From a virus (Duplodnaviria > Caudoviricetes), in IMG/VR virus record IMGVR_UViG_3300045950_000243, positions 1-63,476 of that record: a stretch of DNA of 63,476 bases; one strand, written 5' to 3'. Below are positions 9,163 to 19,377 of the stretch, piece by piece. The translations under genes and the position numbers were made by a program. Position 1 is the first letter of the stretch. Each line of letters starts with the position of its first letter. Below the pieces are notes generated by a model. The model had not been told where the DNA came from. It saw only the letters and a program-made list of their open reading frames with translations, and did not search any database.

Positions 9163-9369
9163 CTCTCCCCCTATAGGGGGAGAGAGGTCCCTCGCCGTGG
9201 ACTCCGGAGGAGAAAGAAGTTCGCCAGGGATGGCTTTTTCTGTTCTGGAGCACGTTGTTCGGACACGCCAGTCCGGTTTCGGTCTCCGGCCGAAAAACAT
9301 GCTCCAGGACGCTCCCCAGCACGAAGTTCGTTCCAGCCGGCAACTCTACTCCCCCTATAGGGGGAGTAG
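9163..9369. repeat. two perfect palindromes flanking an 18-bp imperfect inverted repeat
   Basis: CTCTCCCCCTATAGGGGGAGAG (9163-9184); CTACTCCCCCTATAGGGGGAGTAG (9346-9369); inverted repeat 9245-9262/9290-9307. Confidence 0.85.
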
Positions 9370-9509
9370 GCACAAGGGGCGGCCGCGCCAGGTCCTCGCT
9401 CCCCGAAGACCGAGGGGCTGACCCGGGCTTGCCTGACCTCTTTCTTTCGGGCGGAAGTCACGCTAGGATGCCGCCCCGAGTTCCACACCCCTGAGCACAG
9501 GAGGTTGCG

Positions 9510-10016
9510 TTGTCCATCAAGGTCCAGATCACCGTGCCCGAGGGCACCGTGTCGGTGGAGGGCCAGCCGGCGCTCGCCCGGCGCCTCTTCGACCTGGCCG
9601 CCCGCGGCGAGTTCGGGCCCAGCCGGGCGACCGTCACCAGCACCGTCGCCTCCAAGGCGGGGCGCAAGACCCAGGTCGCTACCGCGGCCCTGGCCGGGTT
9701 GCTGCGGAAGCTGATCGTCGCCGGCCGCAAGGGCCTGAGCGGCGCGGAAGCCGCTGCCTGCCTGGGGGTGCACCCCAAGGCGGTCGGCCACGCCTGGAAG
9801 ACCGTCGACCTGCCGGAGGACGCCGTGGCGTTCCGCCGGACCGAGTTCGGCCGCCGCTGGATGCCCGGCAAGGGCGCCAAGAAGGCCCTGGCAGCCCTGG
9901 AGAAGGGGGCGGCCAAGGCCGTCACCATCGTGGCCCCGAAGCCCGCCAAGGCCGCGCGGAAGGCCAAGGAGGAGGCTCCCGAGGCGCAGCCGGCCTCCGG
10001 GAACGCCTCGGGCTAG
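9510..10016 (+). CDS. putative HTH DNA-binding protein with Lys/Ala-rich tail
   Basis: GLSGAEAAACLGVHPKAVGHAW is HTH-like; AGGAGG RBS before TTG; KPAKAARKAK tail; divergent orientation. Confidence 0.65.
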   Translation: MSIKVQITVPEGTVSVEGQPALARRLFDLAARGEFGPSRATVTSTVASKAGRKTQVATAALAGLLRKLIVAGRKGLSGAEAAACLGVHPKAVGHAWKTVDLPEDAVAFRRTEFGRRWMPGKGAKKALAALEKGAAKAVTIVAPKPAKAARKAKEEAPEAQPASGNASG

Positions 10017-10024
10017 GCTCGGAA

Positions 10025-10471
10025 ATGAAAGAACCCGCACCCCCTGGCGAGGAGGGCGCGGGCGGGGAGGACTCCAGACCAGCGATGCGAGTTCCTGGGA
10101 AACACCGCGGGTGCCGGGTCCGAGGGACCGATGCTACGGTCCTCGGCCGGCGTGTCAACCGGGTGCCGGACAGCCTCGGAGATCAGGTCCATGAGCAGGA
10201 CCCTCCGCTCCTCGGGGGGTGGGCGTACCTGTGGGGCCTCAGCCAGCCGCCCCTTTGGGACACCGTCGGGACGGGGATCGGGCTGCCCCTCTTCGTCCTG
10301 GAGAGCGCCGTCCACGAGCGGCTGGCAGCGCAGACGCGGAAGCCGCCCCGCCGCCGGGCGACCGGCTGCTATGTGCCGCTGGCGAACGTCGGCACGCACT
10401 GGGAGAATCTCAGCCCTGGCCTGCCGGACTTCCCGTACCTCGTCCACGCCGCCATGAGGGACGGGCTGTGA
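10025..10471 (+). CDS. hypothetical protein
   Basis: ORF in the plus-strand cassette; start uncertain. Confidence 0.45.
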   Translation: MKEPAPPGEEGAGGEDSRPAMRVPGKHRGCRVRGTDATVLGRRVNRVPDSLGDQVHEQDPPLLGGWAYLWGLSQPPLWDTVGTGIGLPLFVLESAVHERLAAQTRKPPRRRATGCYVPLANVGTHWENLSPGLPDFPYLVHAAMRDGL

Positions 10472-10782
10472 CCCCCATCCAGAGTTTGGACTTCTGTCAC
10501 CAGCTCCGCCCGCCGCCGACGACGACGCCGCTCGGACTCGGGGCTGCCATCTGCGTGCGGGTGGGGAACCGGCTGCTCCTCGACGCGATGGGACCGGCCC
10601 CCGGCCCTGAGGAGCCGTTCCCCGCCGCGGGGTCGTACCAGCGCGGCCTCGCCCGCGAGACGGCCGACCTCGTGGCGCGCTACCGCTGGCGGGGGTGGCC
10701 GACGCTCGACCTCGACCACGGCGTCGGAACGCACGTCGCGCCGCTGCGCCTGCTCGCCCGGGAGGCGTGCCGGTGGAGCTGA
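10468..10782 (+). CDS. hypothetical protein
   Basis: GTGA coupling to the previous ORF. Confidence 0.45.
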   Translation: MTPIQSLDFCHQLRPPPTTTPLGLGAAICVRVGNRLLLDAMGPAPGPEEPFPAAGSYQRGLARETADLVARYRWRGWPTLDLDHGVGTHVAPLRLLAREACRWS

Positions 10783-11066
10783 TGCCCCTTCCCGGCGCCC
10801 TCGTCGTTCCGGTGGCGGCCGCCGCCGTGCTTCGGTGGCAAACGATGGTCCAGCACCGCGTCGGCGGGCAGGTCTACTGGCTGGCGGGAACTCCCCCGCC
10901 CCCGCTGGAGTCCCAGGCGGCGACCGACCTGCGCCCCCTCCTGACGCGCGACTTCCCCGAGGAAATCACGCGCTCCAGAGACTGGCCGCGAGCACCGTAC
11001 TGGCCGCGCCTGGATGTGGACGTGCACCACCGGCTGCCGGACAGCATCCCGCTCACGCTCAACTGA
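10773..11066 (+). CDS. hypothetical protein
   Basis: GGAGG before GTG; converges with the end of the tail module. Confidence 0.45.
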   Translation: MELMPLPGALVVPVAAAAVLRWQTMVQHRVGGQVYWLAGTPPPPLESQAATDLRPLLTRDFPEEITRSRDWPRAPYWPRLDVDVHHRLPDSIPLTLN

Positions 11067-11625
11067 AGGTCAGGGTCCACTTCACCGTCAGGTCGAACGC
11101 CGGGTCCTTGGTCACGGCGGTGAAATACTTGTAGGTGATGAGGTTGTTGTTCGCCCCCTGGCCGTTGGCGATCAGGCCGGCCTCGTTGAAGGCCGTCCCG
11201 TCCAGCCCGTCGGACGTCTGGATGGTGATGTCGAACACGGCGATGCCGATCGACGTGAAGCTCAGGTTGGGAACCTTGCCGGGCGCGCCGCCCGGGAAGG
11301 TCGACGGCGCGACCAGCTTGGTCAGCGTCGGCGGCTCGGACGAGTTGCCGGCCGTCCCGACGGCGATGTGGGTGACGACGTAGTTCTGGTACGCATGGGC
11401 GGCGGTGCCGGCGCCGGCCATCGCGTGGGAGATCCAGTCCTTGCCCTGGTTGACCACGATGTTGTAGTCCGCGAAGACCGTCTCCGACCGGCGGCGCGGG
11501 TCCGGGTAGACCCGGACGATCTCCAGGCCGCCGACGACCCGGACGCTGTTGGCCGCCCGCAGGCCGCGCGGGCCGAGCCAACGACGGAAGCCCAAGTTGC
11601 GGAAGAACGAATCCAAGGCGTGCAT
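11059..11625 (-). CDS. baseplate/tail-fibre attachment (tail-collar-like) protein
   Basis: NIVVNQG...HIAVGT...NEAGL...KDPAFDLTVKWTLTF pattern typical of myovirus fibre-base proteins; true ATG at 11625. Confidence 0.7.
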   Translation of the reverse strand: MHALDSFFRNLGFRRWLGPRGLRAANSVRVVGGLEIVRVYPDPRRRSETVFADYNIVVNQGKDWISHAMAGAGTAAHAYQNYVVTHIAVGTAGNSSEPPTLTKLVAPSTFPGGAPGKVPNLSFTSIGIAVFDITIQTSDGLDGTAFNEAGLIANGQGANNNLITYKYFTAVTKDPAFDLTVKWTLTFS

Positions 11626-11666
11626 GCACCCCTCCCCAGGAGACGCGCACCGCGGCCCGCCACGGG

Positions 11667-14600
11667 TCACGGCGCCGTGTCGAAGATCAGCGAGAAGTTG
11701 GACTGCCCGATGGTGATCGACGGCTCGTTGCCGATGTTGCCGCGGTCGTAGTCGATGTAGGCGTGCAGCTTGTCGTTGGCCGTGAACGCCAGGCTGGTGG
11801 TGACGTCCATCCAGATGCTGGAGTTGGTGCCCTGGACGATGCTGGCCGTCACGTTGGTCTGCTGCGTCAGGTTCCAGATCGTCACCTTGACCTGCTGGGT
11901 TGACTGCGTGAGCGCGACGCCCAGGCGGCCCTGCACCCGGCGCAGCTTGCAGGTCAGCGGCACGAGGGGGCCGTCCGCCCCGGCGCCGCCGGTCCAGCCG
12001 GCGGTGTGGTGGCCGATGACGATCCGCTGGTCCGGGTTCAGGTTGGTCAGCGACCCCGAGGCGTGGAACCCGAGGTTGTAGAAGACCGTCGGGTTGGTGG
12101 ACAGGAGCGCCGCGTTGATGCCGGTCAGGTGCTGGCCGAGCTGGTCGCCGGCCGACGAGTAGTTCGTCGGCACGAAGTTGATCTTGAGGTTGTCGCCGGT
12201 GAGCTGGTCCGTGCCGCTCTTCTCGTGGGTGGTGGCGTGCGCGGACGGCGGGAAGGTGCTCGGCTTGCCGGCGATGTTGGCGTACTGGATCTGCCCGCCC
12301 GAGCCCACCGAGCCGTCGTGGCTGTGGGTGGCGAAGCGGATGGTGGTCGCCAGCGGGGCGCCGGCCGCGTCCACGCCGAGGTTGAGGACCACGGCGGTCG
12401 GGGTGGTCTTGCCGAAGTTGTAGGTGGTGCTGTCGGCGTAGGCGAGCTTGCTCGCGCTCAGCGTGCCGCTGTGGTAGGTCGGATCGTCCAGGCCGTGCAG
12501 GGCCGGGTTGAAGGTGCTCGGGATGCCGGAGATGCCCGTCGCCCAGGGCACCTGGGTGTAGCCGCCGGTGCCGTGGGTGTGGTTGCCGGCCGCCGCCAGC
12601 GTGGCGGTGGTGCCGAAGGCCACCTGCAGGCGGCTGCTGCCGTCGTAGCTCAGGCCGGCGCCGGTGTCGAGCGCCACGTCCACCCGGGTGTTGTCGCTGC
12701 CGTTGACGGCCAGGGCGAAGCCGCTGGACGAGAAGCTGATCTTCTGGAAGTTGGGCAGGACCGCGGTGTCGCCCTCGTAGGCGCTGGGCTGGGCCAGGTT
12801 GTGGGTGTGGTAGGCGTCCGCGTTCGAGGTCGGGCCGGCCGTGAGCGCGTTGGCGGCGGTGTCGTTGATGTTGTTGACCTCGGCCCCGGCCTCGACGCTC
12901 GTGAGCTTGGTCCGCTCGGTCGCGCTGAACTTGACGTAGGTCGTGCCGTCGAGGATCACGTCCAGCGTGTCGACGGTCTTCTTGAAGATGTCCACGTCCA
13001 GGTCGACGCCGTCCACCTTCTTGCCCGCCGCCAGCACGATGTCGCCCGTCACCTCGAAGGCGCCGTCGGAGTTGCGGAACTTGCCGAGGACCTGGTCGCT
13101 CGGCAGCTTGCGGACGAACTGCAGATCCTCGCTGGTGCCGTTCTGGCGGATCTCCCACTGCTGGACCGCGCCCAGGTTGCCCTCGAAGCGCATCTCGGCG
13201 TTCTGGCCGGTGTTGCCCCGCAGGACCAGCGGCGTCGAGCCGGACAGCTTCTTCTGGATGACGAGCTGGCCGGTCGCGGAGACCGCCTGGTCGCCGATGA
13301 GCAGGTTCTTGGTGACCTGCACCGCGCCGGTGGACTTCTGCCAGCGCACGTCCCAGGAGGTGAAGTCGGTCGGCGTCAGCGACCCCGAGCCGAGCAGCCA
13401 CCAGGAGGAGGCCGTCAGGACCGTCGGGTTCATGCGCACGGCGGTGGTGCCGGAGTCCCGGACCCACAGGCCCTGGACCTGCGCGGTGGTCGTGGCCGTC
13501 GTCACCACGAAGCCGTCGCGGAAGTCCACGACGGTCGCGTCGTTGGTCGCCAGCACGCCGTCCTGGTAGACGTCCTGGACGGTGCCCGACCCGCCGCCCC
13601 CGCCGCCGGTCGAGTTGATGGTCAGGGTCTTGGTGGTGTTGTCCGCCGAGAAGGTGACGTTGGTGCCGGCGGCGACCGTGAGGGTCTGGGCCCCGGCGCT
13701 GGCGACCAGCGTGATCGACTTGTCGGCGCTCAAGGACGCCGGGACCGAGATCGTGGCCCACTTGTCGACCACGGTCGAGGACGGCGCGTAGACCTGGGTC
13801 CAGGTCGCGCCGGTCCACTGATACCAGACCGGCAGGCCGCCGCCCGCGTCCCGCACCAGGACCACGGTGCCGGCCGGGACGGTCTGGCCGCCGACGAACC
13901 CCGGCAGGTTGGCCGTCGTGGCGACCGAGGTCAGCAGCCGGTGGACGCCGACGTAGGTCGAGGCGAACGGCAGGCCCGGGTCCAGCCGTCCGCCGGTGGC
14001 CGAGGACAGCCAGGTCGGCAGGGTGCCGGTCGCCGGGTCCTGGACGGTCGACAGGACCATGCGGCCCAGCCCCTCCAGGAACTCCACCAGCCCCCAGGAG
14101 GCGCCGCGGTCGACGCCCTGCGGGTCCTTGATGGTGGGCGGCGCCGCCCGGCCCAGGCGGGTGTAGGCCGCCGCGGCAAAGCCGGTGTAGCTGTCGAGCA
14201 GGCCCTTGAGGTCGTTGCGGAAGCCCGCGCCCTCCCAGTTGGACGTGTAGCCGTAGCCGGTCTGCGGCCGCAGGTTGAGGGTGGCGAGGTAGGCCGTGTT
14301 CCAGGTGGTCGAGACCGGCGCCAACCGCAGGAAGGGCGTCGACGGGGTGCTGTAGATGTTCAGGAACTGCTCGTCGAGCAGGATCGGATCGTCGCCCGCC
14401 GGGATGCACGTCGTCGGCCCAAAGTAGAGCCACGGGTAGCCCGGGAAGCCGGTGCCGCCGCTCCCGCCGAAGGGCACCTGGCCGACGTTGCCGCCCCCGC
14501 CGGCCCCCGGCCCGCCGCCGCCACCGCCCAGGATGCTCGGGTCGACGCGCCAGCGGAACTGTCGGCCGGGCGTGTTCTGGTCGATGAAGATCCCGAAGCC

Positions 14601-16985
14601 CGGGCAGAACTCCAGCGGGTGCTGGGGCGTGCAGTCGTTGACAATGCCCGCCTCGTTGGTGGCGGTGAAGATGGTGCTCTTGCGGACGGCGCAGAGAATG
14701 TCCCGCAGGCGGGCGCCGGATACCGCCGGCAGGCCGGCCAGCGTCGTCTCGGCGGCGGACACGATGGCCTCGGGCCGGGCCAGCCACTTGTTGCAGTAGG
14801 CGGTCTGCAACGGGGTGACGCCCGTGTCGTTGCGCAGGTACAGGCCCGCGTAGTTCCCGGTCCAGGCGGCGTCGGTCGCGGTCAGGGCCGCGGTCTCGTC
14901 CCGCCAGTGGGTGGGGTCGGTGGACGACGGCCAGTAGACCGACAGGGTCGAGCCGGAGCAGGTCAGGCGGATGACCATGCCGGACTGGTTGGCGAGGTGG
15001 TCCGCGTCGGCCGAGGCGAGCACGGTGCCCGTGGTGGCCGTGTCCCGCCGGTACAGCCGCAGGACGCCCGCCCGGTCGACGGTCGCGTAGTAGCCCGTCG
15101 AGGTGTTGGCGCCCGTCGCCCGGGCGATCACGCCGACCTCGACGCGCTGGCTGGCGTTGGTCTGGCCGTCCACCGTGCGGCCGATCTCGGCCACCACGGA
15201 CATGTCCGCCGCCGCCGCGCCCAGTTCGTCGTCGATCCGGCCGTTGGTCCCGGAGCCGCCGTAGACCGCCCAGACCTCGTTCGCGCCGGTCGAGACCTCG
15301 ACCCGGTTCGAGCCGATGCCGCCGGTGCCGGACTGGAACCACAGGATGCCCTCGTCGCTGGTGCCGATGGTGGACGAGAAGCCGCGGTTGAAGTCGTCCT
15401 TCCAGGTCCGGCCGCGGTTGATCGGCCGCGGGCCCGTGCCGTGGGCCGCGAAGGTGTTGGTCGTGCTGGACTGCGGCTGAATCCAGACGTGGTCCCGGGC
15501 GTCCACCAGCTCCGGGATGTCGCCCGGCGTGTAGGGGAACGGGTTGACGGTCGAGCTGTCGAAGTACCGCTGGTTGGCGCCCGCGGCGTTGACCGTGAAC
15601 CCCTGGACCCGCAGGTCCCGGGTGTGCCGCAGCCGGTAGGACTCGACCTGCGGCAGGTACTGGATGTGGCGGAAACCGCCCGGGACCGCCCGGGTCCACG
15701 TCGTCAGGGCGCCGCGGATGCCGAAGCCCCAGGGGATGCCGGTGTCGCGGGCGATGCGGATCTCGCCTTGGGCGAGGCCGGTCGTCGGGAGCTGCCCGCT
15801 CGAATCGACCGGCGGGCCCCACAGGCCCAGGCCGGGCCAGCGCTCGGCGTGGCGGATGGTCGGCACCCAGTCGGTGCCCAGCTCCTTCTTCGGCGTCGTG
15901 GAGTCGAAGAACATGCCGGCGCCGGCCGGGCGGTGGTGCTGCTCGGGCCAGGTCCCGCCGACCGCGGCGTCGAACTCGGTCAGGACGCCGAAGCCCGGGT
16001 CGAACCCGAGGATGTCCGGGCCGGCGTCCGCGAAGTCGGCCGGCGTGATCTCGACCTTGGCCGTCGGGCCCTGGTAGGGCGAGCGGATCTGGAGCTGCGC
16101 CGCGCCCAGCTCGTCGGTGACCGAGAAGGCCACCGTCGTCGCCTCGTTGCCGAAGCTGGCCGACTGCCACGCGGCGTTGATGTCGTTGATGAGGGTCGTC
16201 AGCGACGTGGACGTGGAGTTGGTCAGGGCCACCTCGAACGGCCCGGCGTCCGTGCCCGTGGACTTGGTGATCTTGAGCCGGATGCGGTTCTTGTTCGAGG
16301 TGTTGAACGGGAACGTCACCTTCTGGCCGGTGATCTTCGCCCGGGCGACGTTGCGGTAGCGGAACTCGTGGCGCACCGATTCGGCCTGCGTGCCGGTGGC
16401 GGCGTCCAGTGCCGCCACGTTGCCGACCCAGCCGTCGCTGCCGTCCGAGCCGACGAAGGTATAGGGCGGGCCCACGGTGCCGAGGCGGTTCCGGCCCTTG
16501 CCGGCGAAGTTGAAGTTGAAGATGTTCTCCAGGCCCTGCGACGTGGTGCCCTCGTCGACGATGACCCGGGAGGCCGCCCCGGCGAAAGGCGACTTGAGCA
16601 GGATCTCGCCCTCGAACTCGAAGGCGATGGTGGAGGCGTCGCCGGCCGCCGCCTGCCAGGCCGTGTTGATCGCGCTCAAGCATTGGGAGAGCGTCGTGGC
16701 GGAGGGCGTAGCGCCCGCGCCGTTGATCTCGCCGACGTTGATGAGCGTGCCGTCGGTGCGCGTGGCCTGGAGCTTGAAGTGCCGGTTGACGCTCAGGTCC
16801 CGGGTGTCGGTCAGCTTGCCCCAGAACTGGTCGCCCGTCACCAGCGCCGGCAGCTTCAGGGCGGAGGTGCTGACCGCCCGGAAGTGCTCCGAGACCGCCG
16901 CGAGGCTGCGGCGGACCTCGCCGGCCGGCACGTTGGCGCCGGCCGTCGGGGTGTCGAGGCTGAAGCGGAAGTCCGTGGTCGCCAT
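11667..16985 (-). CDS. large tail fibre / receptor-binding protein (1772 aa)
   Basis: Thr/Gly-rich modular protein with poly-Gly hinges, HTH/HSH motifs and a KLTSVEAGAEVN fibre motif; follows the baseplate genes. Confidence 0.8.
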   Translation of the reverse strand: MATTDFRFSLDTPTAGANVPAGEVRRSLAAVSEHFRAVSTSALKLPALVTGDQFWGKLTDTRDLSVNRHFKLQATRTDGTLINVGEINGAGATPSATTLSQCLSAINTAWQAAAGDASTIAFEFEGEILLKSPFAGAASRVIVDEGTTSQGLENIFNFNFAGKGRNRLGTVGPPYTFVGSDGSDGWVGNVAALDAATGTQAESVRHEFRYRNVARAKITGQKVTFPFNTSNKNRIRLKITKSTGTDAGPFEVALTNSTSTSLTTLINDINAAWQSASFGNEATTVAFSVTDELGAAQLQIRSPYQGPTAKVEITPADFADAGPDILGFDPGFGVLTEFDAAVGGTWPEQHHRPAGAGMFFDSTTPKKELGTDWVPTIRHAERWPGLGLWGPPVDSSGQLPTTGLAQGEIRIARDTGIPWGFGIRGALTTWTRAVPGGFRHIQYLPQVESYRLRHTRDLRVQGFTVNAAGANQRYFDSSTVNPFPYTPGDIPELVDARDHVWIQPQSSTTNTFAAHGTGPRPINRGRTWKDDFNRGFSSTIGTSDEGILWFQSGTGGIGSNRVEVSTGANEVWAVYGGSGTNGRIDDELGAAAADMSVVAEIGRTVDGQTNASQRVEVGVIARATGANTSTGYYATVDRAGVLRLYRRDTATTGTVLASADADHLANQSGMVIRLTCSGSTLSVYWPSSTDPTHWRDETAALTATDAAWTGNYAGLYLRNDTGVTPLQTAYCNKWLARPEAIVSAAETTLAGLPAVSGARLRDILCAVRKSTIFTATNEAGIVNDCTPQHPLEFCPGFGIFIDQNTPGRQFRWRVDPSILGGGGGGPGAGGGGNVGQVPFGGSGGTGFPGYPWLYFGPTTCIPAGDDPILLDEQFLNIYSTPSTPFLRLAPVSTTWNTAYLATLNLRPQTGYGYTSNWEGAGFRNDLKGLLDSYTGFAAAAYTRLGRAAPPTIKDPQGVDRGASWGLVEFLEGLGRMVLSTVQDPATGTLPTWLSSATGGRLDPGLPFASTYVGVHRLLTSVATTANLPGFVGGQTVPAGTVVLVRDAGGGLPVWYQWTGATWTQVYAPSSTVVDKWATISVPASLSADKSITLVASAGAQTLTVAAGTNVTFSADNTTKTLTINSTGGGGGGSGTVQDVYQDGVLATNDATVVDFRDGFVVTTATTTAQVQGLWVRDSGTTAVRMNPTVLTASSWWLLGSGSLTPTDFTSWDVRWQKSTGAVQVTKNLLIGDQAVSATGQLVIQKKLSGSTPLVLRGNTGQNAEMRFEGNLGAVQQWEIRQNGTSEDLQFVRKLPSDQVLGKFRNSDGAFEVTGDIVLAAGKKVDGVDLDVDIFKKTVDTLDVILDGTTYVKFSATERTKLTSVEAGAEVNNINDTAANALTAGPTSNADAYHTHNLAQPSAYEGDTAVLPNFQKISFSSSGFALAVNGSDNTRVDVALDTGAGLSYDGSSRLQVAFGTTATLAAAGNHTHGTGGYTQVPWATGISGIPSTFNPALHGLDDPTYHSGTLSASKLAYADSTTYNFGKTTPTAVVLNLGVDAAGAPLATTIRFATHSHDGSVGSGGQIQYANIAGKPSTFPPSAHATTHEKSGTDQLTGDNLKINFVPTNYSSAGDQLGQHLTGINAALLSTNPTVFYNLGFHASGSLTNLNPDQRIVIGHHTAGWTGGAGADGPLVPLTCKLRRVQGRLGVALTQSTQQVKVTIWNLTQQTNVTASIVQGTNSSIWMDVTTSLAFTANDKLHAYIDYDRGNIGNEPSITIGQSNFSLIFDTAP

Positions 16986-16988
16986 GCG

Positions 16989-19373
16989 TTAGCCGATGCT
17001 CCACCGGTTGTCCTGCGTACCCCAGCGGCTGTCCGTCGTGTTCCACCGGAAGGCGCCGCCGCCGATCTCCAGGAAGTCCCCGATGACCAGGGAATCGAAG
17101 AAGCTCACGCCGGAGCCGAACATGCCCGCCGTGTCGGCGATCGTGACGGTCTCCGCGAAGCTGAACGTGCCCGACAGGTTGAGGGCGTCCGCGACCAGGA
17201 CCGTCTCGTCGACCTCCAGGGCGGCGCCGACGATGGCGATCTCGACGTGCACCGGCCGGACGTCCTCCAGGCGCTGGATGATCCGGCGGAACAGCTTCGG
17301 GTCGAAGCGCACGTTCGGGTTCAGGCGGCGCAGGAAGATCAGGATGTCGGAGTCGGGGATGCGCAGGCCGGTGTTCGCGCCCACGTCGGTGATCGCGTTG
17401 GTGCCGCGCACCAGGCCCGTGACGTCATCCTCGCCGCCCCCGGCGTCCGTCAGCGTGTTGGTCACGTCGTACAGGACGGCCTCGTCGAAGCGCACGGTGG
17501 CGTTGAAGTTCTGGCCGGCGCCGCTCTGGCACCAGAGCGAGAAGGACTCGATGCGCTGCGCGTCCTGGAGGGTCTTCACCAGGAAACCGTCGTAGATCAG
17601 GTCGCCGTCCAGGTAGACCTGGAGAATGCCGTCGGTGCCGGCGCCGACGTGCTCCAGGACCCGCCAGCGGATGCGGTGCTTCTTGCCCAGCGTCAACGTC
17701 TTGCCCGTGCCCACGTCGGCGCCGAAGTTCTCGCCGCCGACGAACAGCTCGCGGTTGGCGTTCTTGGCCTTGAGGTAGACGTAGGACGGCGTGGCCTCCT
17801 CGTCGCCGAACCGCGCCAGGTGCAGTTCCTGGCCGTTGGCCTGCGTGGTCGAGTCCACCTGGACGGTGAAGTCCGCGACCGCTCCGGCGTTCAGCGCCCA
17901 GGTGTGGAGCTTGGTCGCCCGGCCGCCCGCGGCGGCGCCGTTGACGGTGACGACCGCCTCGCCGGCCACCTCGGCGATGGTGCCGGTGCCGATGTTGGCG
18001 GTGCTGTCCCAGAGGTGGAAGTCCGTCGTGCCGTCGGTGAAGTTCGCGTCCCGCAGGAACTCGGCGAGCAGCACCGACTCGATGCGGTGCGGGCGCCCGG
18101 AGACGGTGCCGGTCGTGACCTCGGCCTGCTGCGGCTCCTGCACGCCCGGGTCGTCGGTCTCGGCCGGCGTGTAGTCCGAGGCGATCTCGACCACGTCGGC
18201 GTCGAAGCCAAAGGTCCGGAACAGCAGCTCGAAGGCGCGGGTCGTGCCCTTGAGCTTGGAGAAGTCCACCGACCCGAGGATCTGCTGGCGTTGCAGGATC
18301 TCCGGCTCGCTGCTGTCCAGGTGCTCGTAGCCCACCTGCCGGGCAAGGTATCCCAGGTTGACGTGGGTCGTCAGGATGCCGACGCTGGAAGTCGCGGCCG
18401 GCGGGTTGGTGAAGTTGCCGTCCAGCACCAGGAAGCGGGAGACGATCTTGCCGGTGGCGTCGACCCGGGTGAAGTAGTTGACGACCTTGCGGACCTCGCC
18501 CTTGCCCGGACCGTCCATCACCCGCAGGGTGTAGCCGCCGTAGTAGTTGGTCGAGTTGCTGGTGAAGCGGCCGGCGTACAGCTTGAAGGTGTCGCCCTTG
18601 ACCGGCGGGTCCTGGTAGTCGCTCTCGACGTCGACCCGCAGGAGCGCGCCGTCGTAGGCGACGATCTTCTTGACGGTGCCGGCGGCGTTCCCGGACGTGA
18701 TCTCCAGATACCAGTGGATGTAGTAGCCGTTGGTGAACTGCGGGGCCGAGCCCTGGTCGAACTGCTCGGGCAGGAACACCTGATTCTTGGCGCTGCCGCC
18801 GCCGCCCTGGCCGGAGCCCTGGCCCTTCAAGGTCCCGGTGAACAGTTGATCCACCGTGCCGTCGACCGGCGGCAGGTAGACCAGCCGCGGGTAGCACAGC
18901 TCGAAGCCGACGAGGGTGGTGCCCTGGCTGAACGGCGGGCTGACCGTCGCCACCTTGGTCGTGCCGTTGTAGTCGAGGATCTTGGCGTACTGGTTGGCGA
19001 TGGGATTGGCAACGCCGTTCTGCTCGGTCTGGGTCAGCGCCCGCAGCCCGTAGCCGACGAAGAAGTCGTCCAGGCTGGAGATCATGCCGGCGCTGTCGAA
19101 GGTGACGCTGATGCCGTCGGTGCTGACGCTCCCGACCACCAGCCGCTCCGGCTGGACGCTGATGTTCACCGGGTCGCACAGCGCCTCGCCCCAGGCGAAC
19201 GTGACGTTGAGGCCGTCGGCATCCACGAGAACCGCGATGCCCGCCGTCTCGGTCCGCTGGCGGTCGAGTTCCTGCTGCACCGCATCCAGGTACGCCTGGA
19301 GCAGCTTGGCCGGGTCGACCGTCGGGTCCTTGAGCGAGTAGGGCGCCAGCTCGTAGAGCGAGAGGCGGCTCAT
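16989..19373 (-). CDS. baseplate wedge protein (P2 gpI-like core with inserted domains)
   Basis: LGYLARQVG...KLKGTTRAFELLFRTFGF and LEDVRPVHV motifs; follows the J-like gene. Confidence 0.75.
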   Translation of the reverse strand: MSRLSLYELAPYSLKDPTVDPAKLLQAYLDAVQQELDRQRTETAGIAVLVDADGLNVTFAWGEALCDPVNISVQPERLVVGSVSTDGISVTFDSAGMISSLDDFFVGYGLRALTQTEQNGVANPIANQYAKILDYNGTTKVATVSPPFSQGTTLVGFELCYPRLVYLPPVDGTVDQLFTGTLKGQGSGQGGGGSAKNQVFLPEQFDQGSAPQFTNGYYIHWYLEITSGNAAGTVKKIVAYDGALLRVDVESDYQDPPVKGDTFKLYAGRFTSNSTNYYGGYTLRVMDGPGKGEVRKVVNYFTRVDATGKIVSRFLVLDGNFTNPPAATSSVGILTTHVNLGYLARQVGYEHLDSSEPEILQRQQILGSVDFSKLKGTTRAFELLFRTFGFDADVVEIASDYTPAETDDPGVQEPQQAEVTTGTVSGRPHRIESVLLAEFLRDANFTDGTTDFHLWDSTANIGTGTIAEVAGEAVVTVNGAAAGGRATKLHTWALNAGAVADFTVQVDSTTQANGQELHLARFGDEEATPSYVYLKAKNANRELFVGGENFGADVGTGKTLTLGKKHRIRWRVLEHVGAGTDGILQVYLDGDLIYDGFLVKTLQDAQRIESFSLWCQSGAGQNFNATVRFDEAVLYDVTNTLTDAGGGEDDVTGLVRGTNAITDVGANTGLRIPDSDILIFLRRLNPNVRFDPKLFRRIIQRLEDVRPVHVEIAIVGAALEVDETVLVADALNLSGTFSFAETVTIADTAGMFGSGVSFFDSLVIGDFLEIGGGAFRWNTTDSRWGTQDNRWSIG

Positions 19374-19377
19374 GCGG

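Noticed and set aside
11667-16985. Diversity-generating retroelement target in the tail fibre
   Set aside because: No reverse transcriptase or template/variable repeat pair was seen in the window
11626-17046. Upstream part of the 1995-aa minus-strand ORF
   Set aside because: Arg/Pro/Gly-rich off-frame shadow of the tail fibre; only the last 188 codons (11059-11625) look real. The same applies to the N-terminal extensions of ORFs 25287-28589, 22126-26400 and 5069-7480
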